A stretch of 64,000 bases of DNA from Octopus vulgaris. Lineage: Eukaryota. Positions 40,906-54,178 of this stretch are shown piece by piece. The translations under genes and the position numbers were made by a program. Location of the stretch: contig OX597823.1 of assembly GCA_951406725.2 (NCBI GenBank), forward strand, positions 43,214,001 to 43,278,000, written 5' to 3'. The stretch's first letter is position 1; each line of letters starts with the position of its first letter. The notes beneath the pieces were generated by a model. That model was not told the origin of the DNA and made no database searches. It was given only the letters and a program-made list of their open reading frames with translations.

Positions 40906-41451
40906 GGTTGTTGTTAATGACAATGACGATGTAAAGCTAGGATTTTTAAAGTAACAGAGAAAGCGACATATATATCACAGTTGTAGTTTTCATGCCGGTA
41001 TTAAGGCCATTGTCATGTGCAACATGAATTAAGAATTAGCTTTTTTTGGTGATTGCAACTTTATCTGATGGTAACATAATGTAACCAGGTTATATCATAT
41101 TCTGTGATGCAAACTGCAGCAGTAAAAGCACATGCCTAGATCTATTTCAACGTACGTCTGAAAACGTATTTGAAAGCATTTACATGGTCGTTCAAATTGC
41201 TAGAAAAAGCAGCGGGATTCTTTTAAATTATGGGTAGGAGATATTATGCCGCAGCAAAAACTGGCGTTACAAATTTGATGTTGATTTATTTGAAATAGAA
41301 ACGTTTTAATGCTTCTCTCATTCTCACCTTTTCTCTATTTTCTCTCTCTCACTTTTTCCTTCCCTTTTTGTGTGTAAACATCTAGTTGTCTTTGCATGTA
41401 TAGGTAATGTTTCTTTCTCCCTCTCCCTCTCCCTCTCTCTCCAACTCTGTG

Positions 41452-41489
<38 letters not shown>

Positions 41490-41494
41490 TGTGA

Positions 41495-41533
<39 letters not shown>

Positions 41534-41545
41534 ATAATTAATAAT

Positions 41546-41672
41546 TATCTAAGAGATACCACCATGCTCGATATAGCCGCCAAAACTTGACTCTAAAACC
41601 ACATGAACATTTAATGTGGTTTTAGAGTCAAGTTTTGGCTGCCATATCGAGCATGGTGGTATCTCTTAGATA
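41546..41672. repeat. Near-perfect palindrome, ~59-bp arms, 9-nt loop
   Basis: tatctaagagataccaccatgctcgatatagccgccaaaacttgactctaaaaccacat-gaacattta-reverse complement with 2 mismatches. Confidence 0.93.
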
Positions 41673-42221
41673 CCCTTAATAATAATTTTGATAATAATTA
41701 TTATCTTTGAGGTTGTTATTCCCATGCTGGCCACTTGATAAGATCGGTATTTTAAATAACGATCTTACCCTTATTTATATAAATTTATAAATATATATAT
41801 ATCATTGCGTGCAGGTATGCCATTGCATGTGTGTGAATATGTGAGTGCTTGTCGTACCTTTCTACACGCGCACGTGTGTATCTCTGTCTCCAGTGCCAAA
41901 CAGTACTGTCGACAAAACAGGCTGAATATCCAGTCAGCCGTGGTAAATCGGTAGCGTCAAGTCATGCTCAGACGTCCTAATCTGTGAAAATATGGCTTCT
42001 CGTCTTGAAGGGAGCGAGGGAGAGAGAGAGAGAGAGAAAGAGAGGGAGAAAGAAAAAGAAACAGTGGGAAAAGAATAAGACATTGGCAATTATACTCTAG
42101 TTATCAGTAACTGGGATAAGGATTAAATGATTAGTCGCCAAGTTATGCGCTCACTCGGAATTAAACTACAGCAAAACCAACCCCATCTCTTTATTCTGGT
42201 TCTGTGCAATAATATAAAGTA

Positions 42222-42352
42222 CCGTATTCACTCATGTATACGTCACACCTGTGCATAAGTGACATTCCCTTCACACTTTTTGATTTGCCCCGTAGTTTTT
42301 TCCAGTTAAGATAAAGTATGCAATAGTGTGATTTATACACGAGTAAATATGG
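42222..42352. mobile_element. 131-bp MITE of the Tc1/mariner superfamily
   Basis: TA|ccgtattcactcatgtata ... tatacacgagtaaatatgg|TA terminal inverted repeats with TA duplication. Confidence 0.82.
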
Positions 42353-42409
42353 TATTTTCAATTTATACTTAGAGTATGCACACATATACTTACACACACA
42401 CACACATAC

Positions 42410-42628
42410 AGTGTGTGTGTACGTGTGTGTATTTGTGTATGTGTTTGTACCCCACCACTTGACAACTGGTGTTGGTGTGCTTACATCTCCGTAGACCAGC
42501 GGTTCGACAAAAGACGCGATAGAATATTTACCATGCTTTGAAAAAGAATCACTGGTGTCGAGTCGCTAGACTAAAACTCTTCAAAGTATTACCCAGCATA
42601 ACTGCAGAGTAATGACTGAATCAAGTAA
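42410..42628 (+). mobile_element. 3' half of CORE-like SINE, followed by long (TA)n at 42629-42752
   Basis: ttgacaactggtgttggtgtgcttacatctccgta..ggttcgacaaaagac matches the 27620-27790 tail. Confidence 0.75.
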
Positions 42629-42629
42629 A

Positions 42630-42755
<126 letters not shown>

Positions 42756-43824
42756 CAAGCATTCGAACTACCGTACAGACGAATCATTATTTCACTATAG
42801 ATATTCGTAGACAAATATCTATCTATAAATGTTCTAAAATTATCACTTCACCAATGTAGCAGTTCTATAAACACCAATGATTCCATCGTGATAATACCTT
42901 TAATAAAAAAAGACGAAAAAAGAACAGAATATCATAAAAGACGCACGTCATTTTATGACCAGTCGTAAAACGATATAAGCATTAATTTAAGAAATCTATC
43001 TCAGAACACGAGGTTTCTGTGATATCATTTCATCCGCAAGATAAATATATTTTCACTTTGTGTTGCTTTTCATTTTTTTCAAATATAACTTCTTATCTCC
43101 ATTTACCTTTACTGTCGCTGTTATTATTTTAGTCTCTCGCATTACTTTTTTCCTCCTCTGTTCCAGAATTTCTTTTTATTTTTGTTTTATCATTGGTTGA
43201 TCAATTATTCTCGATCTATTCTTCAGTTGTAGGTACCATGTACTAAGTTCTGTTTACAACCGTGATGGATATGATGTTATTGCACTGTTCATCTCACATA
43301 TATAAAAATATCCGTGTGTATACGTGTAGGAGAATGTACATTTATGGGTGGTTTAGTTCTGTATGAATGTATATTGTGGAATACACATCAGTGGCTTTAA
43401 CTTTTGAGCTGCGTCTGTACGTGAGTCTTTGTGTCTATTAGTCTGGCACACGTCTTATTTATATTCTTCATAGATACGTTAATCGGTGATTACGTTGGTA
43501 ACAATGTGATATACATACATACATACATAAATGTGTGTGTGTGTGTGTGGATGTAACTTGAATTATACGAGTGTGTGTCCATAAAATATGATAGACTAGG
43601 AACATAACATCTATAGTTATATCACTAACGTATAACTATAACTATATACATGTGTTTTATATATATATATATACATATATAAACACCAAGCTTAATAACA
43701 CCAACACATGTACCACCGGCAACACACGCAGAAGCAGTAACACTACTGACGCAACGACAACTTCCAGTGGGACAACCACTAACAATCCCAGCGCCAGCAC
43801 CACCAGAATCAACAACATCGCCGT

Positions 43825-43870
<46 letters not shown>

Positions 43871-43933
43871 AGCAGCAGCAACAGCAGCAACAGCAACAGA
43901 AGCAGCAGCAACAGCAGCAGCAGCAGCCACACC

Positions 43934-43986
<53 letters not shown>

Positions 43987-44014
43987 CAGCAGCAGCAACA
44001 TCAGCAATAGTAGG

Positions 44015-44700
44015 AATGACAACGACTTCACGCATCGAAGGAAATACATCGGAAGCGCAGGAACTTCCTTCAAGAAACGTCTCTCCAGCCATAGATTCTC
44101 CTTCTGGGTCCCGGAAATGAGACACGTCACATCGCTGGCTAGCTATACCTGGCAAGTGAAGGCAGACAAAATTCCATACTCGATATCATGAAAAATCCGA
44201 CACCGTTCGAGCCCGTATGTAAATGGAACGAAACGCTGCAAGCTATGCGTAGCCGAACGCATGGAAATCCTGAAAAACTCGCACGTACCAGGGGACATAC
44301 TGAACTCCAGAACGGAGATTTGCAGGAAATTGCTATTAGCCTTTTGGGGAACTGCATAATAACGATAATAATTAAAATAGCGGTAGCACTGATAATATTT
44401 ACACCACGGCTGGAAATTGTTTGTTGATATGTGTGGGAGATAACCCCCTACCTTCTACGCTCGCAGCCGACAGGTGGCGTAGCTAAAAGAGGACGAAATA
44501 GCCGGAAGCCGATGACCAGCTGATGGCCATCAGAATAGGAAGATAACCCCTATTGTTTAATTCTGGTTGGTTTTCCCCTTCCGTACTTTAAAGAGGCCAT
44601 AGGCCAACAAGATTTAGGGTCTGATGATACACCATAAATATATTCTTTATGGCGAGAAACCCAGTGTGACACTATAAACAGACCGTCACCAGAAATTTAT
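44015..44700 (+). mobile_element. Penelope-like element 3' fragment (GIY-YIG endonuclease plus 3' region)
   Basis: KYIGSAGTSFKKRLSSHRFSF..TSLASYTWQVK..IS*KI..PYVNGTKRCKLCVAERMEIL..ILNSRTEI. Confidence 0.88.
44618..44690 (+). ncRNA. Hammerhead ribozyme motif with intact core
   Basis: GGT CTGATGA tacaCCATAAA tatattc TTTATGGcga GAAAC ... GTC ACC; stem I only 3 bp. Confidence 0.6.
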
Positions 44701-45266
44701 ATAGACTTCTCCACTTCTTAGAGTGTACATCTTCGTTTTTATTTTTTTCTATATATAAATACATATGTATTCACATACATATATACATATATATGTATAA
44801 GGTATTTCATTACATTCGATTTACAAATGGTTCGTGACAGCCGGCCAAAGACGTGGGTCAATGCAAATCATGATAAAATTGTACTGAGCGAAATACTTCG
44901 CGAGTTGTAACGAATAATGTTTAATCTGAACACTTTGTAATGTCTAGCATTGCTCTGGATATCGAACCCAGCACCGAGATCCCATTTCAGAGTGGCTTCT
45001 AACTCATACATAACATTTGAAGTACTACTGTCACTGGTGGAATTCGAGGGTATGTTTCGTAGCATATACCAGATGTGAAATTTCTTTTGGTCTAATCGCA
45101 TCTTTTTGCAAGTATACAGAGATATACATTTAATGAGTCTAAATATGGCACATGGAAATATCTGTAATATGAACCCTAAGACGAGATAGGACTGGGCATG
45201 CAATACGATGTTTATATATAAATATATATATATATATATGTGTGTGTGTTTATGTGCGTGTGTGTG

Positions 45267-45300
<34 letters not shown>

Positions 45301-45314
45301 GATACATATATATA

Positions 45315-46205
45315 AAGGGTAGGTGGGAAATAACTAGGCATTTGAAATTGCTTATAGAATTTTAGTATCACTGAAGTCATGAAGAAAACATTTTTTAAAC
45401 AGACAATTTTTTTATTGTCTTATTTCTTACTTCTTATTTTACAGATGGCCGGTCCCTTGACTTTTCAGGAGCGAGCTAAGATAGCAGCACGATAAGGAAT
45501 TCCATTGTGGAATTCCGTTGTTTTTGTGCAGAGATGGTGGCGTGCATGGAAAGGTGAGCATGCAACACTACATCCGGAGACAATAAAATGTTGCATGCAA
45601 AGCTGATGACCACGTACTCTGTGAACAATGCAAGAAGAAATGGCCGTCCAACCACATCCCGATCAGCGGAGGACGTGACAACAGTACAGGAAATGTTTAA
45701 TTGCAGCCCGCAAAAATCAACACGTCAAGGAACTCGTGAAAGTGGACTTACAAGATAAAGAATATGTACGATGTTGCATATAAGAATTGAATTTTTATCT
45801 GTGGAAACCCCATTACGTGCAGGAGCTAAAACTTGAAGACTGTGACCGCAGAAGTCCAGAAATCCAGAACTCCAAGAATTCCAGATCTAACTTCATGTGA
45901 TTTTCTCCTGTGGGGTTACACAAAAGAGGTGTACAAGGCAAAATCTTGCACACTGATGGACTTGGGAACACGGATTCAGGAGCTTCTCAATGATATCCCA
46001 GACAACGTCCTTTAGAAGGTTGTTCATTTCATTCCTGGCGTTTGAGGAAACTGGTTGATGCCACCGGTTCTTACGTTGAAATATGAAGATTCTTTTCATT
46101 ATCCCATGTAATAAAGAACATGTGTCATTTGTTTCAATGAATTTGCAAAAGGAATATGGATTTTATTACCAATTTTTAATACCTATTTCCTTTTCACCCA
46201 CCCTC
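45315..46205 (+). mobile_element. Internally deleted DD41D-type Tc1/mariner element
   Basis: TA-flanked imperfect TIRs aagggtaggtgggaaataactaggcatt / aatacctatttccttttcacccaccctc. ORF MAGPLTFQERAKIAAR..GRPTTSRS..SPQKSTRQ..WKPHYVQEL jumps at ~45865 to PRIPDLTSCDFLLWG. Confidence 0.88.
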
Positions 46206-46207
46206 TA

Positions 46208-46267
<60 letters not shown>

Positions 46268-46269
<2 letters not shown>

Positions 46270-46372
46270 TGTGTGTGATAAAGAGTTTGCTTCCCAACCA
46301 CATGGGTCCGGGTTCAGTCCCACTGTGTGACACCGTGGGCAAGTGTCTTCTACAATAGCCTCGGGCAGACGA
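46268..46372 (+). mobile_element. CORE-like SINE 5' part
   Basis: tgcttcccaaccacatgggtccgggttcagtcccactgtgtgacaccgtgggcaagtgtcttctac. Confidence 0.85.
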
Positions 46373-46719
46373 ATATATATATATATAGATAGATAGATAG
46401 ATAGATATCACCATGTGCGTATGTTTTGAATGTGCGTATATGAAGAGAGTCATACTTTATTCAGTTACACACGCAAACACACGAATTATTTCTTTTTACT
46501 TCCGTATAGTCTGTGAGTACGCATGCGTATGAATTATGTAGTATTTTAGGTGTACCATTAACTAAATAGACAATTATGTGCAAGATACCAAGCAAACTAC
46601 AGTATGTAACAGGACGAAGACAGCAATTCTTACAACTACAATAGCGTCATCAACACCATCACTAACAACAACTACATCAACAAAAACATCCATGACAATA
46701 ACAACTGGCAACCATAGCA

Positions 46720-47010
46720 ACATGATGATGAGGATGATGATGGTGATAATCATGATGATCATGATGATGATGGTGGTGGTGGTGATGATGATGATAATGA
46801 TGATGATGACGACGACGACGATGATGATGATGACGATGATGACGATGATGATGACGATGATGATGGTGATGATGACGATGATGATGACGATGATGATGGT
46901 GATGATGATGATGACGATGATGATGATGATGACGATGATGATGACGATGATGATGATGATGACGATGATGATGACGATGATGATGATGATGATGATGATG
47001 ATGACGATGG
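46720..47010. repeat. (GAT/GAC/GGT)n trinucleotide array, ~290 bp
   Basis: Read directly from the sequence. Confidence 0.95.
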
Positions 47011-48278
47011 AGAATCAACAAAGTAAGTGTAGATTTAAATGCTGAAATGATACGACGCCAACAACAGCACGTCACTTACTTTCAACACCAGAACAACTGC
47101 TTGGGCAGACGCCACCACTGACATCAACAACGCGCAGGATAACTTCACCAACAACAAAAGCATCCACAATAACAACAACAACAATATGAGAATCACGAAG
47201 ACAAAAATGATTGAACATCAGTTCCTCTTTGTTTTATTGACTTTTAAACCTAGTGCATATCTGCTGAAACATAAAACCTCGCCATTTTATCGCAGTGGTT
47301 TTCAATGAGACATATCGACCGGAAACTGGTTTTGTTATCTGCCTTGGAACACGTGATACTAAAAGTAAGTGGAAGGTATATATAACAAGGATCGCGGTAG
47401 AATTTTCATTGTTTCTTAAGTTCCTCCAGAGAAAAACAAATATGAAGAAAGAAAGAAAAAGAAAGACAGACAAAGAGAAAGAGTGAGAGAGAGTGTGTGT
47501 GTTTAATGTAACAAGAGAAGGTTGCGAAGAGAGATATTATATGGAGAAATTTTCTGTAGATAAGGAAGAAGAAAAATTTAGTCTCCGAAAAAAAATGTTC
47601 GAAAAATTTACAGAATTAGTGAGAGGTGTGTGCATGTGTGTGTATGGTGTGTGTGTACGTGTACGTGCGCGCATGAAAATGGGAGAAAGAAAGTAAGATA
47701 TATAAATATATATATATATATAAAGGGAGAGAGAGATGTAAAGAGAGAGAGAGTGGTAAAGAGTGTCAAGAAGGTAAATTAAAAAGAATGGAAGTTTATA
47801 GCAAAGTGGAAGGATTGTAGAGGAGGGATGGAAACAAATAAATGGGCATCGTGAAATAAGTTTTACCTAACATAATGAGATGCACATGACACAATACATC
47901 GACAATTATATTTCTGCATGCGTATATATATATACATACATTCATACACACGCATGAGCACACGGGCGAGGGAGAAAATAGCACTCGTATATCAAAGGCA
48001 ATTGAAGCTAGAAAGTTTTCACGATGTGTTATTTGGGAGCTTCCCGAAATCGAACATCATACAGTCGAGAGTATTTTACACACTATGACGGTTTATACAT
48101 TATCATAAACCATATATATATATATATATTTGGCTTTTGGATTTGGTTTGCAAGATTCTTTATGTGAGTTCGTGTGTTGAAGCATATTCTGTTGTCTGGG
48201 GAGAGTCATTTTCTTTTTGTGTCTTATAATTTAACACACTCACTGGTAAAATTTCCAATTCTTTCTTATTTTTATTTT

Positions 48279-48369
<91 letters not shown>

Positions 48370-48534
48370 TATTATTATTATGTTGTGTTATATTGTTGTA
48401 TTATATCATATTTTATATATAAACGTATATATATTCATCTATTTATTCATATATACATGTACATATTGAAACATATTCTTACAATATCATGAATAATTTT
48501 ATGGTTTTAATTAAAATTCTGAATCCGTGCTTAT

Positions 48535-48620
48535 TTTCTGATGAAGAAAACGTGGATTACTGAATTTGAAAAGGATTAACCTATGCATTTCTTCGCACAT
48601 TTTCGGAAACGGCTTTAAGT
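48535..48620 (+). ncRNA. Degenerate hammerhead-like motif
   Basis: CTGATGA A GAAAACGTG ... CACATTTTC G GAAAC; stems I and III poor. Confidence 0.4.
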
Positions 48621-49026
48621 TTCTTTCGTATTTATTGGATTCGTTTCAGGAAACTCTTTTGGATTATAGTGAACTGTCATCTAATGAACCCGAGACTTTT
48701 TGATTTGTCTATATGTACTTATGCAATTCTTCATCCGACTTTGATTTGGGCACGAAATTACACTATAATATGCATATATGCTTTTATATGTTAGATTTTC
48801 GGATATTTATAATGGCTTATATATACCCCGCTGTGTTTAGATATATGTTGGCTTTAATGAGGAGTATTATCGACATTGACATCTATCTCTTTCTAATTAA
48901 TACTTTAGTCTAATCGCTCAATAAATTGAGCCCTACAGTGTTCTTTCTTGAAAAGAGTTTACCTCTTTGATTTTTCATTACCTATATATATGTGTGTGTA
49001 TGTTATATTATATTTTAAACATAATA

Positions 49027-49140
<114 letters not shown>

Positions 49141-49152
49141 AAAAAGAGACAA

Positions 49153-49360
49153 AGGCGCATTGTTCACTGGTCAGGTTGTTAGATTCATGATTATCAGATT
49201 GTTTTTCGATTCCTGGACCGGGTGATGTGTTTGCGTTGTTTTCTTGAGCATAACACTTTCCATTTCGAGTTGCTCCAGTGCATTTGGCCTGTAAAACTGA
49301 ATAATTTTGCGACGGACCTGCGCCTCGACCAAAGGAACCAAGAAACCGACCCTATGCTCC
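49153..49360 (+). mobile_element. tRNA-derived SINE (63387 family)
   Basis: aggcgcattg..tttcgattcctggaccggg..ttcttgagcataacact. Confidence 0.7.
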
Positions 49361-49399
49361 TTAGAGAATAATATGGACTAATCTGATATATATATATAT

Positions 49400-49525
49400 T
49401 CTTTGAGCTATAGGAACTTAAGTACGAAGGAGGACAGTTTTTCAATATCTTCCCAAAACACCTTGCAAATCTACTAGGCGTCGATGTGGTCGTATTTAAA
49501 AGGCCACTCACACCCTGGCAGGAAT
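49400..49525 (+). mobile_element. CR1/L2-type LINE extreme 3' ORF fragment
   Basis: LKYEGGQFFNIFPKHLANLLGVDVVVFKRPLN fits the FNxLP..FKxxLD C-terminal motif. Confidence 0.6.
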
Positions 49526-50711
49526 TACAAAGAATGGCAAAGTTGTATAATTCACTACTATATTGGGATTAATTTCGGAGGGGTAGAAAATGAGTTTAAG
49601 TTTGAAATAAACAAACATTAACACTAAGGGTCAAGCCCCGGTATGGGCACAGCCTCTACTTGAAATCATATAAGACTAAAAGAAAGAATAGAGTTTGAAT
49701 AGAACACGACGATGTGAGAAATATTATGTCACATGAAGTGTAAGGCCCAATATACCGTTCTTCATTTACCATTTACATACGCGTGCAGCACGCCCGTGTA
49801 CACACACACGCGCGCACAAATGCGTATGTGTCCGTGTGTAGTTTCTTTTTATATACGTCTGGGAATATTTGCGTGGCTCTAAATTGTTAACCTGTGTATG
49901 TTAACTGCGTGTGATATATCCTTGACTTCGTTTGCTAGTCTATCTCAATTTCTTTAATACGTACTAATTTGCGCGCTCACACGTCCAATTATTCCATAGC
50001 CATCAAAACATCACGACATAACCAACTGAGATAATTTTAGCAAATCAATAGTTTACAATGTCTGGTATTTGGTATGCCTGTATTTCTCTATATACATGCC
50101 ACTGACTATTGTATCGTTACTCTTAGCTCATTTGTATTTATGTTATACAAATCCCGTAGACTGAAAATATATTGACTTTTTGTATAAATCTGTCTCTTGT
50201 TACTGTAGGGTAAGGTCGAACAACTGTCATGCTGATGACACCTATTAAAACAAACGTATCAACGACTTCTCTGCTTCAAATCAATAAGTCTAACCTTTTC
50301 ATGAATGGCCTGTCAACTTAGGAGACTGCTTCAATTGTGTGATTATCACCTTTACTCAAATGGCACTAATTTTTGGCCTTTTCGTAATTACAACACATCT
50401 TCTAGAGGCAGAGATAATTTTGATAAATAAAAAAGTTATGTTCTATGGTATTTGAAACACATGTATATGTCTATATTATTCAAATACATGCCAGAGTTAT
50501 TTCTCTTCGCTCATGTTTGCTTTATATGTACATATGCATAAGTTTTTTGTTTACCTCTGCTCATACTTTTGTCCAAAATCTTTGTGTGTAATGAAATATA
50601 TCTAAAAGAGAAGAGAGAATAATTCGGAAGATTCAAAAATTATAATATGCTTTGTCAGTGGTAAGGTAGATAGAAGAAGGTTCCGCTGGTTAAAATAATA
50701 ATTAATTAAGG

Positions 50712-50756
50712 TTACCTGGTGAGGCTAGAACAAGTAGTTCAGTGGAACCGGCTGTA
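50712..50756 (+). ncRNA. Degenerate hammerhead-like motif
   Basis: TTAC CTGGTGA GGCTaGAAC aagta GTTCAGT GGAAC CGGCT GTAA; stems retained, two core substitutions. Confidence 0.4.
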
Positions 50757-50938
50757 AAGAGTTTACTCGGTGGGTTAAGAATGGACCCTGTATATATCCC
50801 ACCGGTTCCATAAAGCTTGACCTTCAGCATAGCAAGTCGTGCGACTCTGAAACCTGAAGAGGATACGAAAAAGGAATTACAACATAATCATATGATCATA
50901 TATATGTATGTGTGAGTGTGTGTATGCATGCATGTATG

Positions 50939-51002
<64 letters not shown>

Positions 51003-51144
51003 TATATAAATTTAAATTAAGGACAACTACTTTAGAAAACTTACAAGAATTTATATATATATGTATATATATATATATATGCAATTTTCAATTTTTCAAT
51101 TTTTATGAATGTCTTATATATATTAGTAATATTTTGGTAGAAAT

Positions 51145-51197
<53 letters not shown>

Positions 51198-51225
51198 CAT
51201 ATTGATAATAATAATAACAATGATG

Positions 51226-51290
<65 letters not shown>

Positions 51291-51292
<2 letters not shown>

Positions 51293-51885
51293 AAACGATT
51301 GGATGCTAAATATGGACAAAATGTCGGCATTATAAAATCAAAACCGCTGACAATTGGTATAAACACCATCTTGAAGCTGTGACTGAGGGAGAAAATGTGT
51401 CGATTCTCTGGGACTTCCCGGTAGATATTATTATAAAAGATCAGACAATAAAGGTGTGTTTATTAATTGACATGATCACAATATAGCAGTGAAAGAATTT
51501 GACAATATCAGTAAATATAAAGACTAGTTAATAGAAATTGAAAAATATGGCATCTCAAGGCCACTACAGTACCAGTGAATTGTAGGATCTCTAGGAATGA
51601 TAAAAAAGATGCTGAAGCCTATTGGAAAATGATACCATGCTTACCATCCTTACAAGAAGTGCAAAAAATCGTGTTAACTGGAACGACTCATGTACTGAGA
51701 AGAGCATTCTCGCAGTGAAAACAACATCCATTCATGAATTTATGTATTTATTTATTTTTTAAATACATATTTTACCTGTGAATTTGCGAGTGTAATATGT
51801 GAATGCATACAATGAGCTCCTCTGCCCTAGGTGTACGGAAAACACTCGGCGAGAAATGGAAGGAAATTTGAAGAAAGAAGGAAAT
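51291..51885 (+). mobile_element. R4/Dong-clade 5'-truncated copy between (AAT)n tracts
   Basis: EAVTEGENVSILWDFPV..KVCLLIDM..LPSLQEVQKIVLTGTTHVLRRAFSQ* plus 3' UTR. Confidence 0.92.
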
Positions 51886-51894
51886 AATAATAAT

Positions 51895-51961
<67 letters not shown>

Positions 51962-52058
51962 GTAATAATAATAATAATAAATAAATAATAAATGATATTG
52001 CTGCTGCTACAATGATGTTGCTGCCACAACTACTCTGCTGCTGCTAATGATGATAAAT

Positions 52059-52859
52059 GAGGCCCCTGTATGAAGATTAGCGGTAATTTTTTTTTTTAAA
52101 TGAAAACTTGCTAATAATTTAACTTTACTTGAAAAGAAAATTTCTAACAGTACACCGAATCGCTTGTCCAATGGTTATACATGAAGCGCGCCCGTCAGGA
52201 GGTTGCCAGCCTGATGGCGAAAATTTTTCAAGCGGCAGAATATCTTCCCTGAATACGAACCTGGAAGTTCACTTAAACGGGATTTGTCCCAAATTAAGCC
52301 CCCAAAGTTCACCACCACAACGACCAGAAAATCAAAAAAGTAAAAGAACTAAATGGAACCGGGAAGAATATAAAGAGGTAATATATGCTTATTACTTTGC
52401 ATTAAGTAGGCCAACCCAAGAGAAACACACCGCAAACTCCTACAGAATTTGAAGGAGCCGGAATCCAGGTAGCAGACCAAACCTGGATGAAAACAGATTA
52501 GCAAATGTTAGAAGAGATATCTTCAGAAATACCAGACTCACAGATGCAGAATTAACCTCTTATAAAAAAGTGGTAGATAATGACCTAAGTGAATAAAGAG
52601 AAAGATTCCAGGCTTACCATCCCTACAGGAAGTGCAAAAAATCGTATTAACTGGAACGGCTAAGGTACTGAGAAGAGCATTATAGCTGTGAAAACAACAT
52701 CCATCCATGAATTTATTTATTTATTAATTTTTAAATACATATTTTACTTGTAAATTTGCGTGTATAATCTGGGAATGCATACAATGAGCTTCTCTGCCCT
52801 AGGTGTATGGAAAACACCCGGCGAGAAACGGAAGAAAATTTGAAGAAAGAAGGAAAAAC

Positions 52860-52860
<1 letters not shown>
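52059..52860 (+). mobile_element. R4/Dong N-terminal region fused to the extreme 3' end
   Basis: KRTKWNREEYKEVIYAYYFAL..RPNLDENRLANVRRDI..LTDAEL, then at ~52598 KIPGLPSLQEVQKIVLTGTAKVLRRAL* plus 3' UTR and (AAT)n. Confidence 0.85.
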
Positions 52861-52921
<61 letters not shown>

Positions 52922-52973
52922 TATAATTATAATAATAATGATGATTATAGTAATAATGATAATAATAATGATG

Positions 52974-53046
<73 letters not shown>

Positions 53047-53389
53047 TAATAATAATTAATTCTTTTATATTAATAATAATAATAATAAACTTAGTATAGA
53101 TAACACAAAGTAGTGTTCAAATGGAAGTGATCTTAGACTCTAAATACTTCCTCCTGGGCCGGCGCCCCATCTTCTAGCGCTAGCTACAAGAACAAGCTTT
53201 ATCAAGCTGTTATGGAAACAGTAACTTAGTAAACACAGTTAGACTTGAGACGTATATTTACACGAAGAACAAATGCTACGTTACAATATATATAGAAAAA
53301 AAGAAAACTAAATAGGAGTAGATATGTGTCTTTTACGTATTGTTTTCTTATTTCATAATTTTGTAATCTCCCTTATGTGCTCCAGCTTC

Positions 53390-53775
53390 ACTGTGTATAT
53401 CTACCTTATGACCTCTTTCTGTCTCTGTAAAATCACTTCCGGTTCTGACTTCTCTTTTTATATAGGTAGTTCTTCATCTCAGCTGTCCAAAAGAATTTCT
53501 AATCATTACTCTACATTTAGACATATGAATAAACACAACAATACTGGGCTTAGCAAATTAATTTGGTATCTAAAGAATCGTAATAAACAATTTGATTTAA
53601 AATGGAATATTCTATCTAAATCATTTCCGCATGATAAAGGTAAATCTTTCTGTCCGCTTTGTAACATTGATATATATCTTATCCTGTTCTTAGAGAATAC
53701 TGTTGTAAACACGATTAAAAAACGCATTTATCGCTGCAAACATTGGTAAAAACATACCTTTAGTCCCTATAAGTG
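53390..53775 (+). mobile_element. Penelope-like GIY-YIG endonuclease remnant
   Basis: CKIT..FYIGSSSSQLSKRISNHYSTF..TGLSKLIWYLK..LKWNIL..CPLC..RCKH. Confidence 0.85.
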
Positions 53776-54143
53776 ATTTCTACCATACAATAAAATTCGA
53801 CCTTTAACTGTCTTCCTACATTTTACTTCCACTGCTTATATATCTACTTCCAAGCCTTTAAGCCTTATTCCTATTCACCTATTCCTCTATATCCCTCTAC
53901 TATTGGTTTTCTACTAATTTCTTTCTTCCTCCTCCTTCCCTTTCAACAAACTGCCTTTGACGTTATATCTATTTTTTATCAAGGTTTATATGTACCCTAC
54001 TGAGGTGTGAGAAACTCGAAACCAGCGATCCAAGCTTTACATAGTCAATCCAAACAAGAACTAGCAAGAAAAAGCAACAGTAGGAGGACGTAGAATAAGT
54101 ACAGTGTTACTGGACGCTCAGGAAAGGTAAGAAATGAAAGAGG

Positions 54144-54178
54144 ATTTCACGTTTCGAGCGAAGCCCTTCATTAGAAAT
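54144..54178 (-). ncRNA. Mutated minimal hammerhead motif in a PLE-type terminal repeat (~54060-54260)
   Basis: ATTT CTAATGA A GGGC ttc GCTC GAAAC GT G AAAT; core G5 is A and the cleavage base is G, so predicted inactive. Confidence 0.65.

Noticed and set aside
46578-47075. Met-rich or His-rich ORFs suggesting reflectin or a His-rich beak protein
   Set aside because: Pure GAT/GAC array without reflectin or Gly/His motifs.
50848-50885. CTGAAGA GGATAC GAAA minimal hammerhead core
   Set aside because: No stem I complement downstream.
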